Origin: Marsupella aquatica
Lineage: Eukaryota; Plantae; Marchantiophyta
DNA length: 64,000 bases
Direction of reading: 5' to 3'
NCBI GenBank assembly: GCA_973895155.1
Contig: OZ316897.1
Coordinates: 3,380,211 to 3,444,210 of the forward strand
A model generated the notes under the pieces. It did not search any database. It had not been told where the DNA came from and saw nothing but the letters and a program-made list of their open reading frames with translations. Shown piece after piece: positions 12,867 to 24,231 of this stretch. Position 1 is the stretch's first letter; each line of letters starts with the position of its first letter. The position numbers and the translations under genes are program-made.

Positions 12867-14396
12867 ATGAGCACCGGGGCTGTTCCGCCGGTCTTGTTGT
12901 CACCGCCAAAAGGAGGGGGTGGAGGAAAGAGCGCGTCCGCATTCAGTCCGGCGGTGGTGGCCATCATTGCCGTGCTCGGCTCGGCCTTTCTGATCGTGAG
13001 CTACTACCGCATTTTCGCGAAGCTCTGCACGCGATGGCAAACCAGACGCGCCGTCCGAACGGAGCTCCAGAGCCAGATCAACGCGGGCGGCGTCGACATG
13101 GACGCCAACCCGTCCACACCCGCGCGTGGACTGGACGAAGCGCTTATCAAGAAAATTCCCATTTTCGAGTACATACGAGGGGACGGATTCACCGCCGAGA
13201 CCGAATGCCCCGTCTGCCTCATGGAATTCGCCGATAAGCAGGAGCTCCGAATGCTCCCGAAGTGCGCCCACGCCTTCCACCTCGCATGCATCGATACTTG
13301 GCTGAGCAGCCACTCTAATTGCCCTCTCTGCAGGGCTAACGTTTTCACGGAGCAGGTGATGAACCAGTATCCCCATCCTCTATCCCCGCCACAGCTCAAC
13401 TTCTTCGGCACCCCGCCGGATGGAGGATATTCTCCAGCCGATTACTCCATGGGTGAGTATGGCAGCCGATTCAATGGTCACGGGCGATCTCCGCAGCCCA
13501 CCCTGAGAGGGCTCCTTAACTTCGAGGATCACCAGCAGATGCAGCCTCCGATAATGTGGTCCGAATCAGGAAGAGCAGACGAGCCCGGAGAGGATTCCTT
13601 GCGGCTCTACGACGCCCGGGAATTCGGCGGCGATTCCTCAGCTCGGCACCATGTGTTGGTGATTCCAGGGTCTGGGAGTTTAGGCAGCGCCCCTCCCAGC
13701 ACTGAGCTGCCCGGCGGGGAGAAAGACATCGTCACGCGCACGACCAGTTTCAAGGAGCTGCAGAGGAGCCGATCGAAGGGAGACGGTGACCACAATAAAT
13801 GGCACCTCCATTCGGCTCGCCGGTCGGCCAGGCGGAATCCCTTCTCGAGCATGCGGTCCTTCTCGATGGGAACCTCTCGGAGGCTCGTCAATGCGCTGGA
13901 GTTCCTGGACCTGGATGGAATGCGGAGCAGCAGCAGCGGCAATGGTAAAGGTGGTGACAAGCTCTATAGCCCGTACGAGTATGGAATCACGGAGACGCCT
14001 GATTACGAACCCCGTGCCTGTGTCCTCACCGTGACACCGGCCGATTTTCCGTCCCCCTCAGGAGACCGAGACAGAGACGTAGAAATAGGACCAGCAGGAC
14101 GAGTCGCTGGAGCAGCAGGGTCTAGCTCCGAGACCGAGAAGAAGGATTCGTTACGGTCTTCGCTCAATTCACATGATAACAACTCGTTCGGAGACTTGAC
14201 AGACTCAACGGGAGCGGCGCTGAAGATCTCGTCGGGTCGGCAGGACAAAGGCAGGTCGATGTCCTTCCGGAGCACATTTAGCGTGAAGAGATCTCTCTCC
14301 GGAGGTATTAACATGTTCTCACTCAGATACCCGGGGAAGAGCAACCGTGTCGCCTCCTCCACTTCCTTTGATTCCAAGGAGTTCAATGAACAGTGA
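12867..14396 (+). CDS. ATL: ATL-family RING-H2 E3 ubiquitin ligase, single coding exon, 509 aa
   Basis: N-terminal TM helix (AVVAIIAVLGSAFLIVSYY), GLD motif (GLDEALIKKIP) and RING-H2 CPVCLMEF...LPKCAHAFHLACIDTWLSSHSNCPLCR, followed by a long Ser/Arg-rich tail (RSFSMG, KRSLS). Confidence 0.95.
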   Translation: MSTGAVPPVLLSPPKGGGGGKSASAFSPAVVAIIAVLGSAFLIVSYYRIFAKLCTRWQTRRAVRTELQSQINAGGVDMDANPSTPARGLDEALIKKIPIFEYIRGDGFTAETECPVCLMEFADKQELRMLPKCAHAFHLACIDTWLSSHSNCPLCRANVFTEQVMNQYPHPLSPPQLNFFGTPPDGGYSPADYSMGEYGSRFNGHGRSPQPTLRGLLNFEDHQQMQPPIMWSESGRADEPGEDSLRLYDAREFGGDSSARHHVLVIPGSGSLGSAPPSTELPGGEKDIVTRTTSFKELQRSRSKGDGDHNKWHLHSARRSARRNPFSSMRSFSMGTSRRLVNALEFLDLDGMRSSSSGNGKGGDKLYSPYEYGITETPDYEPRACVLTVTPADFPSPSGDRDRDVEIGPAGRVAGAAGSSSETEKKDSLRSSLNSHDNNSFGDLTDSTGAALKISSGRQDKGRSMSFRSTFSVKRSLSGGINMFSLRYPGKSNRVASSTSFDSKEFNEQ

Positions 14397-14654
14397 GGTA
14401 GGTGTATTGTAAGAGGCTCGGTGATCTTGATCTTGTGGGGATTCTGCGGATCACTGGAATTTAGAAGGCTGGAGGACATGTTATGGCCTCCTGTAGGTTG
14501 ATAGTTGAGAGTTCTAGGGATAACTTTCTGGAGTTCTAACCTCGAGGAGACCATCGCCTCCGATATAGGAAGATGTGTCTACGGAGAAGACTCGAGCAAA
14601 AACCGTCGACAAATGTCGAATACTGGCGTTACGATCGATGATGCAGACGACATT

Positions 14655-15020
14655 TTTGGTACAATTGAAAGTTTCAGATGTAAATTAAGAAATCATCTCC
14701 ACCGCTAAGGAGTTGAACCAGCATCTCGAGAGGTATTTGGTGGGAGTTCTGATGACATTTTCATGTAGCTCTTTGATCATTTAGGCAGGTCCTAGAGAGT
14801 TGTGTTCTACCACCTCCAATTCCTGTTATCATATTGCATGTATGGAACTTCTTTGTACAATTGAAAGCTTCAGATGTAAATTAAGAAATCATCTCCACTG
14901 CCAGGGAGTTGAACCAGCATCTCGAGAGACCATTTTCATGTCGGCCTTTGATCAATTAGGGGAGGCCGTAGAGAGTTCGTGTTGGACCTGCAATTCCTGT
15001 GATTTGATGGCATGCATGGA
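14655..15020. repeat. ~197-bp tandem duplication downstream of the ATL stop
   Basis: GTACAATTGAAAG(T/C)TTCAGATGTAAATTAAGAAATCATCTCCAC...GGAGTTGAACCAGCATCTCGAGAG at ~14659 and ~14856. Confidence 0.8.
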
Positions 15021-16280
15021 ACTTTTGATTCGTGGGGATCGAGCGATACAGGCTTTTTGCTCTCGTTGAACAACAGTAGGTAGTATATCGGCTGAGAAAT
15101 CTCTCCCGGTTCATAGTGACCGCTGAGCTCCCAGTGTGTCTGCAAATGAAATGTATCTGTCATGTTTGCCACTTGAACTAGTGTGAAGATCCTTCTTCCC
15201 GTCATGAAACCAGCGAGTTGAATTGACAAAGCTCTTACTGGGTAGTTTCCTCCACGACCATGATGTAGGTGCAGTATGCCCTTTAATCACTTAGGCAACA
15301 GGAATAATTGGGAGAATGAGGATGTTGGGAAATGCGGATTCAGACCGTACACACGATCCAAGGGATGAATGGAATGCGCAATTTATTCCAGATCATCAGG
15401 GGAAACTCTTCTTTTGTCTCCCAAATACGTCGTCTACAGGCGACAACCGAGCGTGGTAGCCTTTCTTTCGTAGCACCTCCTCCTACCTTCTCGATGAGGC
15501 AAGTCAACAGCTGGCATTGCATCGGATATTATCATGCCATCGAAGATTGCAAAGCGTCTAATGTTGCTTCAAGAGCCCTCAAAAGCATTTCCTCATCAGT
15601 CACGGGACTAATCTGGAAGCGGCACAAAGTTAAGTTGTGCGAAGAGGATTTGATTATGTGTTCGAACGATTGGCGTTGTTGTAGCGATCGTTCTGTAACA
15701 TATACATGTAGTCTTCAGGGTTCCAAAAATTAGGGTCAGTAGTGACAGATCGAACGCTAGCGAGTGCCACTGAAGCTAGCATTCCAACATTTACATGTCG
15801 TAGTCAATGCTCCATGAACTCGGGTGAATGTGAACAGATCGAATGCTTGTGAGTGCCACTGAATGTAAACAGGTGAACACGAGGAAGGCGTGATACTAGT
15901 CAGTCACTCTTGTTTGGTCGTGGTCAAGCCACCTGCAGGGTGATGGGCTATGGGCTTGCCTTAGCTCTGTCGGCCCAACGATCTGCCTGAATGTTCATTT
16001 TGCTAGCCTTGGAAATAGTCGACGAGGATAATGAACTGTTTCAGTTGGCCATTGGAGGCCTCCAGCGGCTACGATACTGAATGATTCATCATGATGGGGG
16101 CCGTACTGTTTTCTCTTAGCAGAAAATCATGATGGCCAGTGGTGACGTGTGTCACATGAAAGCTTGATCTTGTGTTCCGAAATTGCGAACTCAAGAAGGT
16201 TGTAGACACCCTACTTTACGGACTTATCATCCGTCTACTGAAATCAAGTACACTGCTGACCGACATACAATCTATAGTAT

Positions 16281-16830
16281 AATATGCCGTAGAAGCTTAG
16301 TTTACGCTTCATGACTTAATCTGTACAATAATTTGCATGGCGGTAGAAGTTTAGTCTAGTTCATGACTTATAATCTAATATGCCATAGAAGCTTAGTTTA
16401 CGCTTCATGACTTAATCTGTACAATAATTTGCATGGCGGTAGAAGTTTGGTCTAGTTCATGACTTATAATCTAATATGCCATAGAAAGCTTAGTTTACGC
16501 TCCATGACTTAATCTGTACAATAATTTGCATGGCGATAGAAGTTTAGTCTAGTTCACGACTTATAATCTATAGTATAATAGTATAATTTACATCAGAAGT
16601 CTAATCTGTCTTGAACGCAAATGGGGAAGAACACTTAGTAGTCTCTCCCCAGAGTAGTCTAATCTGGTTCGTGACTTCATCTATAGTACAATTTACGATG
16701 AAAGTATTGTCTAGTTCATGAGTTAATCTATACTACAATTTGTGATAGAAGTTTACTATAGCTTAATGAATATATAATTTGTAATAGAAGTTTAGTCTAG
16801 TTCAAGACGTAATATAACTTATGATAGAAG
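16281..16830. repeat. Minisatellite: 96-bp unit x3 (dimer of ~48-bp subunits) plus degenerate monomers
   Basis: AATATGCC starts recur at 16281, 16377 and 16473. Each unit has two TAGAAG(C/T)TTAGT...TTCATGACTTA subunits. Diverged monomers continue to ~16830. Confidence 0.9.
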
Positions 16831-18683
16831 TCGACAGTAGTCTACCGGTCATCATTTACTTCGTTGATTGAATCCATAGACCATAGTTTCTTTTGTAATA
16901 GAAAATTTTGATTACTCCTTAGTGCTACTTGGCAGAGTGAATCCATAGACCATGACTCCTCCTGAAAGTCTAAAACTTTGATTACTCCATAGTGACACCA
17001 TACGCCATAATAGCTTAGATATACATACATATTACGATTGTGGAGAATGAAGGGCATGGAGAATTTGGGTGATGGGAGACATTCCTATGCATAAAAGGGG
17101 GCTAGTAACAAGAAAAGACGGAGGCAGCTCCCGCCCTTACACCTTTTGGGGTTGCCAAAGGTACAAGATCTGACTGACTTGGCAAGAAAGGAAACTGGGC
17201 CTTCATCCTGGCATAGTGTCACATTGTTAACTACACCATCTGGGGCCTTTCTTTACGAGTAAGGAATGTATTTGAGGACCCTGATCTGCAGAAATTGATC
17301 TAAGACTGTTCTAAAAGAATTGCTATTGAATTTCACTCCTTTCATCTTGTGACATTAAATGGATTTTTTCCGTGGGATCTCAATTACCTCTGGTAGAGAA
17401 GCTGTCCTTGGAACTAATTCATTACATCTTTGCTACTTTGTAGCCTTGTTTGTCATCGATAATGATGCTTTGGCATTAGAGTTGCCAATGGAACGCAAGG
17501 TCTGAAATTATTTTCTCACGACGTAAATTTAGCCCCATATCCACAGTTGGTGCAAGGATTAAGATCTATCAAAATGTCATGAGCTCGGTGGAATCACCTC
17601 AGAGGGAGTTGGAATCGCCTCAGAGGGACTCCCCTGAGAGGATTCAGCTGGAGGCCTGCAAAATTTCAACAATACACGAAATGAACATTCAAAGGTAGTC
17701 TGGTTGACTGGTTCCAACTGCCAACTTGTTAGGAAACTCATTTATTAAGTATAATACACTATACTATAGTCATGACTAAACATAAAAGTTGTGTACTATG
17801 CATCTAGTGACTCATGTGCTTCTTTGCAGGCTTGCAGCATTCCCTTCGCACTGTAATCTCTGTCAGGTGACTGCCGAATACAAGGCGTGCACTTGCTTAA
17901 TGTATTGACTCGTTCACTTGGGACAACGCAGTTTCCAGGGAACCTAGCTTTAGATCTGTCTGGTCATGTAATGACTGTAGTGCACCTCGAATATGGGGAA
18001 ACGAAAAATAAAACGCGTCCTTGGATGCGTCGGCTTCCCATCTATCATGCAATCGTGCACGTAGGCTGGCACATGGAAGTTTCCTTGAACAGTTCTCAGA
18101 CGTGGGTACTCTAAAACCTTTGCACGATTCAAGTGAGGTATAGCTTGGTTACTCGACACGTGCTTACAATTTGGGTTAATTCGACGAGGACCAAAACAAT
18201 AGACAACCATCTGCCTATGAAGCCTAGAAGAGTTGTTTAGTTGGTATAGGGCTAGACCGCTCAAGTAAAACTTAATGGCCATTCTAACCACATCTTAGCA
18301 GTAAACCGTGGAGTGGAGGGCTTGGCAGTGATTCCAGAGAATAAGAAAGGGCGGTATTTTGGAGAGACAAAGACATTCATGAGCTTAAATGGCAAATTTC
18401 CAAAATAGATTCATGCTCCAGGCCATGCCCACATTTTAACACAAAGCACGTGCATGCATTGAGATCTGGAGGATGGGAAAGAACGCAATTAAGCATAATT
18501 ATGGCACGGCACCACTTAGCCCTATACAGTAGATATACAATTTCGTACCTACTTCTCGTAGGATTATCGTCAATCTAAGCCATACTTTACTCCGGCAACT
18601 CAGAGATATAAGAGACATCTACATGCCTGTGCTCAACTTCCTAGGATACTATTTCCCTGCAGTTATTGAACGGTTTGCGAGGC

Positions 18684-21600
18684 TTACACGCCAAGAAGCT
18701 TCTTGATGTCACCCTGCAACAATAGACATACACGTTCAATGACATGGGCCTGGTGGAAGGCCTAAAAGGGCCCGCATATCGTCCTGCAAGTGTACCATGC
18801 AAGGGAAAGGTTTTGTACACAAACAACATGTGACTGCCTTTCAAACCAAAATGCCAGGAAGCAAAGTAGGTTGTGTTCGAAATAAGAGCTAAAAACAGCT
18901 GCATACTTTTCACCCAGAAGACAGATTTCTAAAATGAATGGGAAAACATGAGTACGTGAAAGTACTAACAAAGCAAAGTGTCTCGTGAGAGCGAAGTTAC
19001 CTCAATTTTCTTGGGACCAGTGGTGGGTGCGTATCTCTCCACAACAACACCATCCTGATTAACCAGAAACTTGCCAAAATTCCACTTGATGTTATCACCA
19101 AGGATTCCCCCACCTTTGCTTTTCTTCAAAAACTGATAGAGAGGAGCTGTGTTTGGCCCATTTACGTCAACCTGTGGCGCAGATATGCACAGGGGTCTGT
19201 CAAATTCAGATCAACATGGTACCAGGGTCATCAAAGCGTAGAAGCGTGCGCTAAATTACACTGCAACCACTCTGTACAAATAAGAATCTGCCGATCTTCA
19301 TGTACTACGGCAGATCTGACACTGATTAGTGAAGGCGAGCAACGGACCTTGTCAAAGATAGGAAATTCTGCCTTGTACCTACTACAAGCAAATTCCTTGA
19401 TTTGCTCGTTCGAACCAGGTTCCTGACCACCGAACTGATTGCAAGGAAAAGCTAGAACCTCAAGACCTGCGCTGGGAGAAACAATGAAGGTCAGATGGGA
19501 TCATAAATGGATTGCCAAAAGTAATGGAGATTGGGAAGTCGTTACTCGGAAGTCAAGAATGTCAATACTTTTTTCTTTGGACACGATGCTTAAAAGGTTC
19601 CAAGTACTCAAGGTGCCTATCCTAAGATCTCAGAACTCAACTGGCCCTCGGTGTTTAAGCACGTACCAGCTTGTTTCAGGTCAGTATAAATCTGAGTCAG
19701 CTCCGTGTAATTGCCCTGGGTCAAGCCACTGGATACAGATGAAGGCCACCATTGTCTTAGCATACGCACGGACAGCTAATTCAGAAGCGATTATGATCAG
19801 CTGAACAGTAATTCGAAAATGAGACGAGAGCGAACTAATGAAAAAGGCTATTGCAACCAAGCCAATTTCTAATAGAATGGGTGTGAATGAGATCACTACC
19901 ATGCAGATGCTACGTTGACAATGAGGAGAACCTTTCCCTTGTACGCGCTCAAATCCACATCTTCACCATTGATGTCCTGCGTTACAATAGACATAACGTC
20001 AGTTGGGACATTCAGCCACCCACATCCAAAAAACAAACTCGAAACTACAGCATTTCAATCCCAAATTCTTATCGAACGCGCTCCGGAACGAATTTCAATG
20101 CTGACGACGCCATGACGGAGCAGTTGTGCAGCGCTAACAAGCTGAGACAGAATACGCACAGTTAAGAAGCTGAGACGGAATGCGCAGTGTTAACAAGCTC
20201 ATAACACGAATTCGTGAGACTGTTGCAATGGAATCAACGAGACAACAGAGGAAAACCCACTCGAATTGGCGACAGGCCCTTAACGATACTTCAGTCTCCC
20301 ATTCACAAGAACGCCGCTATCCTAAATTGTGATCAATGAGTATTGCAATATACATTACATCACACGTAGCCATATCAAGCATTTTAAGAGCGTCTACAAG
20401 CCACACCGCACGTTCAATGAAAGCTTCCTGACTCCGACAATGGCTAACAAAAAATCGTTTGCATCGCCTGTCACGACCTGATAGGTGCTTTCAGGCAATA
20501 GAGAGGCTTAAAAACATTGTTTGATTTGCCAAAAAAGCTTCCAGAGGCAAACGGTTCTCTCGGACGACGTTGACGGTGGAATGCAATACTTATTTCCAAA
20601 CCATTGCGAACAGATTGTCATCTATCCTGTACAGTTGGGCACCCAATAAATCGTCTACTAGGCTGGGAGACAACGGTACAGTCATAGCTGGACTTTAAGG
20701 AAAACTGTTGTACGAGTTTCCCTAATTCGACTGCAGTATCCAGACCATGCGGTGGATTCTTGAGTATGATTCCATTCATCGAACGATGGTATACGATATT
20801 GTTTTCTTTAGCCATATTCCTCTGCATCCACAATCACCTCGACACTGGATGTAAAGGCAACCAGATTCTTCTATGTCCCATCACATAACCATTAACCCTT
20901 GGTCTGAATTCGCGAGGTACTTTCTAAATGGCGCAGGGATACTCAACAACGCTCTCCAATTAACCTAACAAGAAGGTAAATGATGCACTTCAATCCCAAC
21001 TGCCAGCTGCGCCTCTGAGAAGAAAGAGGAGGCGAAGTGCTACTCGTCTGTCTCGGGGCTCCGTCACGGTAAAATTCAAAGGCCTAAAATTCGAAGGAAA
21101 CACAGATGTACTCCACAAAACAGAATAATCCCGGTAGTGCCACGAAAAGGCAAGACAAGACAAGGCACGGATAACAACAATTCCCAATCCGACAACGAGC
21201 CATGGCGCAAATTGGAGGAAACATTTCTCTATTCACACACCTTGACGGTGAAATCGTGTACGCTCTTGGCTTCCGTTGGCGCCGTGGCGGATGAGGCGTT
21301 CGTCGTCATCGGAGCGCGGCGTGCAATACCAGCAGCAGCCGGGGCGGGGCTCGCAAATGCTGAAGAGAGAAATCCTCGCCCTCCTCCGCCAGAGGCAATC
21401 GAAACCGAGGCGCCAGACCGACACGAGAAAGACGCCGACGCAGAAATGGCGGACAAACTCCCACTCCCAGGAAACAGGCGCGCGGAGTACAACGAGATCG
21501 CTGGAGCAGCACCGCCACAGCCAGCGACAGACGAAGTTGAAAAAGAAGAAGAAGAAGAAGAAGACGAAGCGAAGCTCAAGCCCCACGAGAGATGACCATG

Positions 21601-21720
21601 GCTGCTGCACGAAGCCGTGGTGTTGCAGTTGTTCGAAGACGAGAAGAGAGGGGAGAACGCGAGCAGAGCGCCCATGCGCGAGGGCGTCTTGACGAGCGGA
21701 GTGGCTACGTGAGACGCCAT
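18684..21720 (-). CDS. GPX: Glutathione peroxidase-like (thioredoxin-type, PHGPX family), ~312 aa with long N-terminal transit peptide
   Basis: Exons 21720-21241, 19976-19900, 19728-19667, 19466-19348, 19171-19001, 18713-18684, all GT-AG and frame-consistent (939 nt). Motifs: [52 protein letters not shown]. Confidence 0.95.
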
Positions 21721-22085
21721 GCCGTCGTGTACGAAGCAGCCAGCAACCTTTTCCGTGACAATTGACGAACCGGGCAACGGGACTAAACAATACTTGCTGC
21801 TGCTGCTGCTGCTGCTCTGTGTCAATCGACGGGATTCAATAATGGTGTGGAAATGTGGCTCAGGTTCAGCAATGCGCAGAGGAATCGTTCAGTCAATCAG
21901 TCAATCAGTCGACTCGACTCGCCTCGCCTCGCCTCTGGATGCTCTCGTGCGAAAACAGACAGATATCTCGTGTCTACCATAATCCTCTGGAGCAGGTTTT
22001 AAGTTAAATCCTGGACCAGTTCTCTTCGAGGTATTTTATTTGCTTTGTGCCCAATCAAACCAAACTTTTCTCCCCAGCCAAACCC

Positions 22086-22220
22086 CATGAGCTTTTGGGT
22101 ACATTCATTTAGACCCAGCTTTTGGGTAATTTTATTTAGGCTGAGCCTAATGAGCTTTTGGGTACATTGCTTTTGGGTACATTCATTTAGGCTGAGCTTT
22201 TGGGTGCGTTTATTTAGGCC
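22086..22220. repeat. Short degenerate tandem repeat (~25 bp)
   Basis: GAGCTTTTGGGTACATTCATTTAG-like unit about 5 times, upstream of GPX. Confidence 0.7.
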
Positions 22221-23164
22221 TAAGTTTCATGTGGACGGCCTTCACAATGCGGCCCTAAGCTGGACGGATAGTTTTGGAAAAAGGAGTATCTATTCAATCT
22301 TTTTTTCCCCCTGGTCTCATGTGTGCTGACTGTCTGAATTTTTCGCTCATCTTTGCTGTTGGGTACCCTCCCTGTAGGAGCATTGTGAAGAGGATTTCGG
22401 TTATCTTTCCAATGCAAAGACTAGAATCTGAATGGGCCAGAAGGTATGATACCTTTGCCCTGCCTGATGAGGGGCTTATGGCATCAAAGCTTAAAGTGAA
22501 TAATATGCTAACAAGTTTTATTTTGAGGGTCACATTGTGAAGGACCGCTCACATGCAAGTTGGGCCTTTATTTCTGTTGATTTGAGACTATCAAGTGTCA
22601 AGTGTCTGGATCTCTCAAGGGCCCCATCAACTAACACTTTTCATTCTGGGGGTCCATCAACCATATACCTCATTGGCCTCCACTTATATGGAAAGTGGTT
22701 GAAACTAGAGTCCACCGCCATTTTGATTCAAAGTCAAGGTGAGTTAGTATTTGATCTCGACATCAACTTGGTATCAGTTGGCCAGTTAAAATGGCCAAAT
22801 ATAGGGGTGAGATGGCTTTCAATGCAAACATTTTGATTCACATTCACAATGAGTCAATGTTTAATTGACATCCACATCAACTAGTGGGTGTTCAATACCT
22901 AGATGAAACTGTGTTTAGGCCTCCCATAGATGTTTTCCCCTCCATTCCCTAGAGTTCAGAATAATGGACTGACCTGGAGTGAAGGAGGAGACTCTAGCTT
23001 TGTCCAATAGGAGGGGTGAAAATAACTCACCTGGCAATTTCTGGTTTAAGCAACTTGTTGGCAAAGTTTATTGAGATGGAAGAGTGATAGCCCAGTTTTG
23101 CAAGGCTCAATTACTCAGAAAAACCCTACATATATGGTATTTTTTGGGTTAAGCAACTTCTCAT

Positions 23165-23430
23165 TGTTGAGCAAAATTACCCTTATTCATAAGACAACAT
23201 CCATAGAAAACACAAAAGTAGTCAACACAGGAGATATGTGGTTCACCTCACCATAGATTACATCCACGGGAACACACAAGAGAGCTTGACTGAACTCTAA
23301 GTCCGTCGGCCATACCAAAGCTTTGCAAACTCAACTCTTCATATTTCCCAACTGGCTCTATAACCATAAGTCTAAGTTGCATTCATTAACTACATCATGC
23401 TTGTGTAAGTAGTAGTTGAATATCTAATGG
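23165..23430 (-). mobile_element. Degenerate solo LTR (copia-type) between divergent GPX and FBA
   Basis: Starts TGTTGAGC. Contains GTAGTCAACACAGGAGATATGTGGTTCACCTC...TACATCCACGGGAACACACAAGAGAGCTT, matching the other LTR copies. Right end approximate. Confidence 0.65.
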
Positions 23431-23580
23431 TAACCAAGGACCTGAGGCTCAGAAATTGGGACCCAAGGGGCTATTCCTGTCCAGTGTGAACATTGTTGCA
23501 AAACTTAGAGGTCCATTCTGGCTTCATTTTCAAATTATGTACTCCATTCAAGTAGCACTAGCTTGATTATCCATTCCTTG

Positions 23581-23660
23581 AACTTAAATCCTTGAATGTT
23601 AATAGAGATGAGGAGACCAAACTTAAATCCTTGAATGTAAATAGAGATGAGGAGACCAAC
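23581..23660. repeat. 39-bp tandem duplication
   Basis: AACTTAAATCCTTGAATGT(T/A)AATAGAGATGAGGAGACCA twice. Confidence 0.85.
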
Positions 23661-24231
23661 AAAATCCTTGCACAACACACTATTCTCCATTTGGTGTTCA
23701 TCTTTGCCCCATCCATATTTTTTGTTTGCACACGCAGTTAGAGGTAGACTATATATAGGTTTCACTCTAGACAATAAGCTCTAGAAGTAGGTTTAGATTA
23801 TTCAATTCATTTTGTTGAATTCCGTTCCATTAACAAAGAAAATGCCAAAAAACATTGAGCCCACCCTCTCATTAGCGTGGGACGAAACTCTTTGTGGCTC
23901 TGGATCTCGTACATGGCGATAACGTGACAATGGCCGTCGGATCCCTCATCGAACGGCAATTCGAGGCGCCTGGGAGCTCCCGCGGCTCTCCTTCACAAAC
24001 TCTTCGTTTGGACAGCATCGTCTCGTCCCCCTGCCTCTGCTCTGTCCATCCGCCCGTCAGCAGCACAACGGAATCGCCGATGTTTCTCCGCGTTTGATTT
24101 GACTCTGCGGTGATTCTCGGCATTCCAGTGTTCGTCACTCGATTCCCACTCTTGCGAGCTCTTTGTGCAGCGCAGCGGTGAAGAATTGCGTCCCCGCTTC
24201 CAGGGAAATTGAACTTTGGGCGCTCTGATTA

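Noticed and set aside
12900-14554. Several 117-183-aa antisense ORFs over the ATL gene
   Set aside because: Shadow ORFs of a GC-rich coding sequence.
19728-19901. Possible selenocysteine codon at the GPX active site
   Set aside because: The split codon is TG|T (Cys), not TGA. The resolving Cys (FACSRY) is present, as in ordinary plant GPX-like proteins.
21137-21692. Plus-strand ORFs with poly-Glu and poly-Lys tracts
   Set aside because: Antisense readings of the GPX transit-peptide exon and its (GAA)n microsatellite.
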